The position numbers and the translations under genes are program-made. A model generated the notes under the pieces. The model did not search any database. It worked only from the letters and a program-made list of their open reading frames with translations, and was not told where the DNA came from. From IMG/VR virus record IMGVR_UViG_2713896768_000025: a stretch of 4,110 bases of DNA; one strand, given 5' to 3'. Of the stretch, positions 1 through 4,065 are shown one piece after another (position 1 is the stretch's first letter; each line of letters begins with the position of its first letter). The DNA comes from a virus. Its lineage: Duplodnaviria; Heunggongvirae; Uroviricota; Caudoviricetes.

Positions 1-192
1 TCCATCCGACGGCTTCACCAACACAGGTGTGGTGACATCACCTTCCGCCGCAATGGCCTGCATCAGAGTATAAGGCGTGATGGCCACCGGGCTGCCAAAT
101 GGCTGCCACCCCTCCTTCAGTTTTTGTGTCAGTCGTTCAGCAAGGTCTGACGGCGACGCCGCCCTGACCACGTCATAGTGTTTAAATGCCAT
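1..192 (-). CDS. 5' part of a late-region gene with a DUF1737-type N-terminal domain (candidate NanS-p-like prophage esterase); continues past the window start
   Basis: Absent from the ORF track because the window edge truncates it. Minus-strand ATG at 192-190, with GGAGG (rc of 197-201) 4 nt upstream. All 64 codons are open to position 1: MAFKHYDVVRAASPSDLAERLTQKLKEGWQPFGSPVAITPYTLMQAIAAEGDVTTPVLVKPSDG. From memory this resembles the DUF1737 N-termini of prophage proteins found downstream of the tRNA/stx slot in Stx phages. GC is high (36 of 60 nt in 1-60). Confidence 0.7.
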   Translation of the reverse strand, partial: MAFKHYDVVRAASPSDLAERLTQKLKEGWQPFGSPVAITPYTLMQAIAAEGDVTTPVLVKPSDG

Positions 193-292
193 GAATCCTC
201 CCGGCCGGGATAATGTTGTGAGTCAGATAAGGGGCGGGCTGAAGTCCGGAAGTTACAGGACAATGACAGAAGGAAGACTACAGCCCGCAATA

Positions 293-319
293 CGAAAAAG
301 GCCGCGCAGTTGCGCAGCC
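293..319 (-). terminator. Rho-independent terminator, minus-strand orientation
   Basis: Positions 300-319 (ggccgcgcagttgcgcagcc) form an 8-bp stem with a 4-nt loop. The 303/316 position is a C.A mismatch in plus-strand RNA but a G.U wobble in minus-strand RNA. On the minus strand the hairpin is followed by U5 (rc of a295-a299). Confidence 0.75.
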
Positions 320-379
320 TTATAAACCCTGGTTAAAATCCACACGATAAAAATGACAATGCAAGTATCTCATGCTGTT

Positions 380-404
380 GCCCGAACCTACTCGGGCTTT
401 TTTT
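380..404 (+). terminator. Rho-independent terminator, plus-strand orientation (orphan; no plus-strand gene upstream)
   Basis: GCCCGA (380-385), loop acctac, TCGGGC (392-397): a perfect 6-bp stem followed by T7 (398-404). Confidence 0.7.
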
Positions 405-410
405 GCATGT

Positions 411-435
411 AAAAAGGCTCCTGCGATGAGGAGCC
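411..435 (-). terminator. Rho-independent terminator, minus-strand orientation
   Basis: GGCTCCT (416-422), loop gcgatg, AGGAGCC (429-435): a perfect 7-bp stem. On the minus strand it is followed by U5 (rc of a411-a415). It sits back to back with the plus-strand terminator at 380-404. Confidence 0.75.
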
Positions 436-722
436 TGGATATATGCCTAATCTCTGTATACAGCATGATGCCGGGTGCCTCCCGGTGAATTCTGCAATGA
501 CCAGACAGAATCCGCAACTTGCCTATACAATACGCAACCAAACATCTGTCATTATGCCCCGCCGCCCAGGGGGATTCATCATGCAGGATTTTTTTAACAA
601 ACGCTCAGCATGTCAGGCAACAGTCAACTGCCTGAATTGTGAGGCATTTAACATTTCACTGCCCGGTGTCTTTCCTGTAATAAAAAGCCCGAAAAAGAGA
701 GTCAGGGCAGATAAGTGTGGTG

Positions 723-799
723 TGGCGCGTTGTACTGGATTCGGACCAGTGACCGATTGCTTAGAAGGCAATTGCTCTGTCCGGCTGAGCTAACAACGC
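723..799 (-). tRNA. argO: tRNA-Arg, anticodon UCU (reads AGA/AGG)
   Basis: The reverse complement folds as a 77-nt cloverleaf: GCGTTGT TA GCTC AGCCGGACA GAGC A ATTGC CT-TCT-AA GCAAT CGGTC ACTGG TCCGAAT CCAGT ACAACGC G CCA. All stems are fully paired and CCA is encoded. The symbol comes from its position in the ileZ-argN-argO order known from Stx phage 933W. Confidence 0.93.
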
Positions 800-812
800 T
801 GAATACCAATAA

Positions 813-889
813 TGGACCGCCATCGGGGACCCGAACCCCGCGCAGCCAGCTTCGAAGGCTGGCGCTCTGTCCCGATGAGCTAATGGCGG
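813..889 (-). tRNA. argN: tRNA-Arg, anticodon UCG (reads CGA/CGG)
   Basis: The reverse complement folds as a 77-nt cloverleaf: CCGCCAT TA GCTC ATCGGGACA GAGC G CCAGC CT-TCG-AA GCTGG CTGCG CGGGG TTCGGGT CCCCG ATGGCGG T CCA. All stems are paired and CCA is encoded. The C1-G72 first pair is unusual. Confidence 0.9.
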
Positions 890-898
890 TATCTGATA

Positions 899-974
899 TG
901 GTGGCCCTTGCTGGATTTGAACCAGCGACCTGGCGATTATGAGTCGCTCGCTCTCACCACTGAGCTAAAGGGCC
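899..974 (-). tRNA. ileZ: tRNA-Ile2 type, anticodon CAU (lysidine-modified class, reads AUA)
   Basis: The reverse complement folds as a 76-nt cloverleaf: GGCCCTT TA GCTC AGTGGTGA GAGC G AGCGA CT-CAT-AA TCGCC AGGTC GCTGG TTCAAAT CCAGC AAGGGCC A CCA. The body closely resembles E. coli ileX (tRNA-Ile2) as I recall it, rather than the elongator or initiator tRNA-Met. Confidence 0.9.
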
Positions 975-1002
975 GAGCCAAAAAATAATAATCAGATGAA
1001 AA

Positions 1003-1716
1003 TCAATAATCAAGCCCTTGCCTGGATACATATCTGTCTGGCGGGAAGCCATAATAGCGGTGAAATACAGAAATAAAGTAGGACCTGCTTGAATAACCGC
1101 ATTTTTCTGCTACAGCCTGTCCATATCCATACCGGGAACATAACATATTTACAGCAACACGCATCCGCTCTTCCAGCAACAAGCGACTGAACATGCCCCC
1201 TTCATTTTTCAGTTTTGTCTTTAACAAACTCTCACTCATATGCAACTGTAGAGCAATCGCACCAAGCGTCCAGCTTGCTGATATATCTGTCTGAATTATC
1301 GCCCTGACTTTGACACTTATGCTGGATAAACATCCACTTAAAAACAATGACATCCGTTCATCTGTTTCAAACAGAGACAGGCAGGCCATCATAAGAAACA
1401 TATCCGTGGCCTCTCCGGAAAATCCCTGGCTGGTAATTAAAGCCGCAGCCAACGCAGGATTGTTGGGTTCCAGCAACAGGTAAAGCGGAATGTCAGTCAG
1501 ACGAGTCCTCGTCAGCTTATGCTGACTTTCCAGATATTGACTTACGACGGATTCGCTTATATCAACAATTTTAACTTTGCCATAATGCATAAGGAAAAGC
1601 TCCCTGATGCATTTGGTGGCCAGAACAACTGAGCCTGGCTTAAGTGACAACGTATCCTTTTCAAGAAAAATATTAATTGGGGAGCAAACCATGATAACTG
1701 AACAGACAACAGCCAT
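1003..1716 (-). CDS. AraC/XylS-family transcriptional regulator, AppY/YdeO/GadX-like (the class of prophage-borne regulators such as PatE and PsrA/B)
   Basis: 237-aa ORF. The C-terminal roughly 100 aa form a typical double HTH of AraC type (WTLGAIALQLHMSESLLKTKLKNEGGMFSRLLLEERMRVAVNMLCSRYGYGQAVAEKCGYSSRSYFISVFHRYYGFPPDRY). The N-terminus MAVVCSVIMVCSP...KVKIVDIS parallels that of AppY (MDYVCSVVFICQS...KLRIVDID, from memory). No clear SD precedes the ATG at 1716, so the start is less certain than the frame. Confidence 0.88.
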   Translation of the reverse strand: MAVVCSVIMVCSPINIFLEKDTLSLKPGSVVLATKCIRELFLMHYGKVKIVDISESVVSQYLESQHKLTRTRLTDIPLYLLLEPNNPALAAALITSQGFSGEATDMFLMMACLSLFETDERMSLFLSGCLSSISVKVRAIIQTDISASWTLGAIALQLHMSESLLKTKLKNEGGMFSRLLLEERMRVAVNMLCSRYGYGQAVAEKCGYSSRSYFISVFHRYYGFPPDRYVSRQGLDY

Positions 1717-1751
1717 TATAATTTTACTTTCATTAGCAATTGGTTAGCTCA

Positions 1752-1782
1752 ATTATAGCCCCAAAAGGTAAATTATCATCAA
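1752..1782 (-). promoter_or_regulatory. Candidate sigma70 promoter for the AraC-family gene
   Basis: On the minus strand there is a perfect TATAAT (rc of 1752-1757) and a TTGATG -35 (rc of 1777-1782). The spacer is a long 19 nt. The predicted TSS lies about 30 nt upstream of the ATG at 1716. Confidence 0.35.
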
Positions 1783-1837
1783 CACATAAGCAAAGGACTG
1801 ACAGGTGTCGCCCCCCACCAGCCGCCCATTCACCACA

Positions 1838-1863
1838 AATAAAAAGCCTTCAGGACTGAAGGC
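1838..1863 (-). terminator. Rho-independent terminator, minus-strand orientation, overlapping the stop of the 65-aa ORF
   Basis: Positions 1846-1863 (gccttcaggactgaaggc) are self-complementary, giving a 7-8 bp stem with a tight loop. On the minus strand the hairpin is followed by UUUUUAUUU (rc of 1838-1845). The TGA stop (rc of 1850-1852) lies inside the stem. Confidence 0.75.
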
Positions 1864-2047
1864 GTCTGTAACAACCGCACTGATAGTCTGCCAGACCCGC
1901 CATAACAAGCTGGGTCAGTATTAACTGGCAGCGTTCGCGTGAAAGGTAAGTATTCTGCGCAATCTCCCCGACTGTCGCCGGTTCGGTAACGCTTAATTCA
2001 TCAAACACAACTCTGGCGGTTTCTGTCATATCCTGCTGTTTCAGCAT
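1850..2047 (-). CDS. Small (65 aa) winged-helix/HTH-like protein, PapI/FaeA-like in size and pattern
   Basis: ATG at 2047 is preceded by GGAAAGGG about 10 nt upstream. The segment ATVGEIAQNTYLSRERCQLILTQLVMAGL fits the helix-turn-helix plus recognition-helix pattern of small wHTH regulators (compare PapI ..[29 protein letters not shown], from memory). The gene ends in its own terminator. Confidence 0.6.
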   Translation of the reverse strand: MLKQQDMTETARVVFDELSVTEPATVGEIAQNTYLSRERCQLILTQLVMAGLADYQCGCYRRLQS

Positions 2048-2094
2048 GTCTTTTTACCCTTTCCGGTTAACGTGACATACCAATAACTCTTGTC

Positions 2095-2121
2095 TAAAAA
2101 GCCAGCAAGATAAAAAGCCAG
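2095..2121. repeat. Perfect 11-nt direct repeat TAAAAAGCCAG x2, 16-nt period
   Basis: TAAAAAGCCAG occurs at 2095-2105 and again at 2111-2121, separated by caaga. The repeats lie 48-75 nt upstream of the 65-aa gene start, in the divergent intergenic region. Confidence 0.8.
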
Positions 2122-2144
2122 TATTCACGACCACCAGCGTGTTT

Positions 2145-2173
2145 ACTGTACTGCACAAGGTTTACAGGTACAA
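2145..2173 (-). promoter_or_regulatory. Candidate minus-strand sigma70 promoter (possible displaced late promoter pR' or promoter of the 65-aa gene)
   Basis: Minus strand: TTGTAC (rc of 2168-2173), exactly 17 nt of spacer, then TACAGT (rc of 2145-2150). The two hexamers sit inside an imperfect direct repeat on the plus strand, GTTTACTGTAC at 2141-2151 and GTTTACAGGTAC at 2160-2171. Confidence 0.3.
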
Positions 2174-2191
2174 AAAACCGCTCAGCGGCGG
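2172..2191 (-). terminator. Weak terminator-like element, minus-strand orientation
   Basis: Only a 4-bp GC stem: CCGC at 2178-2181 pairs with GCGG at 2185-2188 or 2188-2191. On the minus strand it is followed by U6 (rc of a2172-a2177). Marginal stability. Confidence 0.25.
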
Positions 2192-2229
2192 GTTTAAGTT
2201 GTGTGGCGAAGTAACCACTCTTAACACGA

Positions 2230-2269
2230 TATAATACTTTTTGCGTACGCGTTAGGATTTTTATAAACT
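2230..2269 (+). promoter_or_regulatory. Candidate sigma70 promoter(s) for the AT-rich two-gene cassette
   Basis: Option 1: TTGCGT (2241-2246), 17 nt, TAAACT (2264-2269), or TATAAA (2262-2267) with a 15-nt spacer. Option 2: a perfect TATAAT at 2230-2235 with no good -35. An 8-bp palindrome GCGTACGC (2243-2250) overlaps the -35 of option 1. The ATG at 2314 has only a weak SD (tGGAAtacac). Confidence 0.35.
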
Positions 2270-2313
2270 ATGCGTCCCCATTCTCGCTATCTTTAGTCGG
2301 TCCTGGAATACAC

Positions 2314-3159
2314 ATGAAAGTTAGAAGCATAGGATTTACAATAAATAACAATAACAAAAATATTAATACCGTTGACGTAATGAATGCTTTTATCAACGCA
2401 TCAAACAGAGAACACAGTCGCACAGACTATACTCGTAAAATTCTCATTTCGGATGTGAATGATTTCTATTATGGATTAGTTGTCACATTCAGAAACCAAA
2501 AAAAGAACTGTAAGTCGCAATTTGTTGATGGTAAATTCCAGCTTAAAATTGAAGATCTTCAAGGAAGTGACAAACTTGCTAATTTCAACTTTTTCTTAAT
2601 TAAAAAATCTAATCTTTCTGGTCTCTATATGTATCACCACGGTTCATGCAGTCTGAACACTCTCTTTTCTCATTTAGAAACAATAAGTAATGAATTTATC
2701 AGAAATCAAAATAAAGAAGAAATAAAAAAACTTGGTGATAAACCAAAACAAAAAGAAGTAACTGCAATAAATAAAAAATACAAAGAAAGACTGACTTTCA
2801 GCCTTATGACAAATAAAAACAACATTCAGAGTGTTTTATGTCAATTCAAAGAGATTAAAAGCACAAGCTTTAAATTTAATTATATAGATTTTAAAGGTGG
2901 ACCAATGACTGCGCTTGAACAATTTGTTAACACCACCACAATAGATATGAATTTTAATTCTAGCGACAGAACAAAAGTGCAACAACTATCTCAGAATCTT
3001 TCAAATATTTATAATTCTATGAGTGGAGTTGCTAAAGCACAGGTTATTGCAGTAAACCATGCAGGAATAGAAAAAACCATTGATTTTATGAACTGCCCTG
3101 TTTTTGATATGATAAAAGAAGAAATGCTGAACGGGACGAATAAAAATGCCTTTATATGA
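2314..3159 (+). CDS. 281-aa soluble protein of an AT-rich cassette; candidate distant RexA-like phage-exclusion sensor
   Basis: Long uninterrupted ORF in DNA of about 22-30% GC, where random stops would be frequent, so it is very likely real. No TM segments; Lys-rich central linker (aa 130-160). Size (281 vs 279 aa) and several motifs resemble lambda RexA as I recall it. Examples: aa 79-121 IEDLQGSDKLANFNFFLIKKSNLSGLYMYHHGSCSLNTLFSHL vs VEDIKNSLADDESLGFPSFLFVEGDTIGFARTVFGPTTSDLTDFL, and aa 158-188 ERLTFSLMTNKNNIQSVLCQFKEIKSTSFKF vs ERVQIEPLMRGTTKDDVMHMHFIGRTTVKV. CDS existence about 0.9; family call about 0.5. Confidence 0.7.
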   Translation: MKVRSIGFTINNNNKNINTVDVMNAFINASNREHSRTDYTRKILISDVNDFYYGLVVTFRNQKKNCKSQFVDGKFQLKIEDLQGSDKLANFNFFLIKKSNLSGLYMYHHGSCSLNTLFSHLETISNEFIRNQNKEEIKKLGDKPKQKEVTAINKKYKERLTFSLMTNKNNIQSVLCQFKEIKSTSFKFNYIDFKGGPMTALEQFVNTTTIDMNFNSSDRTKVQQLSQNLSNIYNSMSGVAKAQVIAVNHAGIEKTIDFMNCPVFDMIKEEMLNGTNKNAFI

Positions 3160-3694
3160 ATGGCTAATAAATAAAAGATTGAGGTATCAGTACCTTACAC
3201 TGCTTGCATTCTCGATCCTGGCATTGCTTGCACTTTACCTATTGTACAGAAACACACCTAAAGTAAGTGTTAACTTTTTTGAGTTTTATCATAAAAACTT
3301 ACGAGGCTATCTCTTCTCCGGTTTTATTTCCGTGGGCTCATTTTTATTGAGCCTGCATACCTTTGTCATAATAAATTTACGCGATAAGGTTTTTGCAACT
3401 CAGGAATATAAGGAAATTTATAGCATTGCCACTGGTATACCTATTGACAAAATCAATGATAGTGTACTTTATAAACCTTTAGACAATTTATCCTCATTTA
3501 TTAATACATCAATATTATGTTCTATCACAACAGCAATTGCACAATTCACTATTGGACTTTCAACTAATTTATATGCATGCTTATTTTGCGTATGGCTTGC
3601 AATACTAACGGTATTTCTTTTATTACATTGCCTCATCATAATCAGACAAAATATTAAAATTTTATTAAAGCAACAGAGAAAAAAAGGGGGGTAA
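3146..3694 (+). CDS. 182-aa four-TM inner-membrane protein; candidate RexB-like effector/partner
   Basis: Its ATG at 3146 lies 14 nt inside the upstream ORF (stop at 3157-3159), suggesting translational coupling. Hydrophobic segments at about aa 14-34, 55-78, 115-138 and 143-166. K/R clusters at the N-terminus, in the aa 79-114 loop and in the C-tail (RQNIKILLKQQRKKGG) indicate N-in/C-in topology. Motifs recall lambda RexB (four TM, 144 aa, from memory): YLLYR / YLLFR after TM1, and TFVIINLRDKVFATQEY / TFLIGSRTRRLAKIREY after TM2. Confidence 0.7.
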   Translation: MPLYEWLINKRLRYQYLTLLAFSILALLALYLLYRNTPKVSVNFFEFYHKNLRGYLFSGFISVGSFLLSLHTFVIINLRDKVFATQEYKEIYSIATGIPIDKINDSVLYKPLDNLSSFINTSILCSITTAIAQFTIGLSTNLYACLFCVWLAILTVFLLLHCLIIIRQNIKILLKQQRKKGG

Positions 3695-3701
3695 TTCCCC
3701 C
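3679..3701. terminator. Shared convergent terminator between the cassette and Q; strong in the minus direction, weak in the plus direction
   Basis: A7 (3679-3685), G6 (3686-3691), taatt (3692-3696), C5 (3697-3701). Minus-strand RNA reads GGGGGAAUUACCCCCC followed by U7, which is canonical, and starts 5 nt after the Q stop. Plus-strand RNA has the same stem followed only by UAAUAUUAC. The TAA stop of the 182-aa gene (3692-3694) is in the loop. Confidence 0.75.
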
Positions 3702-3706
3702 TAATA

Positions 3707-4048
3707 TTACAACATTGAAAGCACACCATCCAGAAAACCAAGAGCTGTTTGCAACTCTTTTCTTATTGTCCCATCAGAACACTTCTGCTTCTTTGCAATA
3801 GTTCTTAGTGAGATGCCGATAACAAAATGAGCAATAACCAACTCATACTCTTCGGGCTTATATTTCCGCAATCGCGCAACACAGCTGTCAATCATGATTC
3901 CTTCATCATCATCGCATTGTTGGCGTGTTTTCTTTCCATGAGGTAGTAAACCTTTAAACCCTGCAGCAACAGGCTGCCAGTCCACACCACTGTTATCTGC
4001 TGCAGCCCATGCACCCCAGCGGTCCAATACTTCATACATATCACGCAT
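3707..4048 (-). CDS. Q: Late-gene antiterminator Q (short QuuD/phage-82/21-type, Phage_antitermQ family)
   Basis: MRDMYEVLDRWGAWAAADNSGVDWQPVAAGFKGLLPHGKKTRQQCDDDEGIMIDSCVARL... closely parallels E. coli DLP12 QuuD ([34 protein letters not shown]...RPQCCDDDAMII.., from memory). The track start at 4063 is a TTG codon. I place the start at the ATG at 4048-4046 because GGAGA (rc of 4055-4059) lies 6 nt upstream, giving 113 aa. Confidence 0.9.
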   Translation of the reverse strand: MRDMYEVLDRWGAWAAADNSGVDWQPVAAGFKGLLPHGKKTRQQCDDDEGIMIDSCVARLRKYKPEEYELVIAHFVIGISLRTIAKKQKCSDGTIRKELQTALGFLDGVLSML

Positions 4049-4065
4049 CAACTTTCTCCACAAAA

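Noticed and set aside
320-541. 73-aa minus-strand ORF from the track
   Set aside because: It spans two intrinsic terminator hairpins (380-404 and 411-435) and has no SD. Transcription in this direction should stop at 435-411, inside the ORF.
614-634. Hairpin CAGGCA-n9-TGCCTG
   Set aside because: It is a perfect 6-bp stem, but no U-tract follows on either strand and the loop is large. There is no basis to call it a terminator or regulatory RNA.
682-708. Possible terminator just downstream of the tRNA cluster (GCCC-n14-GGGC followed by U5 on the minus strand)
   Set aside because: The stem is only 4 bp with a 14-nt loop, too weak to call. The clear terminator for this direction is at 435-411.
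443-793. 116-aa plus-strand ORF from the track
   Set aside because: Its 3' part runs antisense through the tRNA-Arg(UCU) gene. There is no SD, and the sequence is Cys/Arg-rich and looks like nonsense. It is best explained as a chance ORF in GC-rich non-coding and tRNA DNA.
715-942. 75-aa plus-strand ORF from the track
   Set aside because: It lies almost entirely antisense to the three tRNA genes. The open frame is a by-product of tRNA sequence.
2341-2370. Short tandem AATAAC repeats and an Asn run (INNNNKNIN) near the 5' end of the 281-aa gene, and the A7G6 run at 3679-3691, as possible phase-variation tracts
   Set aside because: The (AATAAC)2 unit is too short for slipped-strand switching. 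The A7G6 run lies in the last four codons and is explained by the terminator structure. A frameshift there would change only the extreme C-terminus.
2314-3694. Assignment of the cassette to Kiwa (KwaA four-TM protein plus KwaB DUF4868) or to a cyclase-plus-TM effector system (CBASS/Pycsar)
   Set aside because: Kiwa has the membrane gene first and a somewhat larger soluble partner. I see no nucleotidyltransferase or cyclase motifs (such as GS...DxD) in the 281-aa protein. Gene order, sizes and motif matches fit RexAB better. Kiwa remains the main alternative to exclude by profile search.
3469-3741. 90-aa minus-strand ORF from the track
   Set aside because: It is antisense to the well-supported four-TM gene, crosses the convergent terminator and overlaps the 3' end of Q in another frame. 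It is a typical shadow ORF.
4049-4063. Track start of Q at 4063 (MWRKL...)
   Set aside because: The codon at 4063-4061 is TTG, not ATG. The ATG at 4048 has a well-spaced GGAGA SD and matches the MRD... N-terminus of QuuD-type Q proteins, so the 5-codon extension was dropped.
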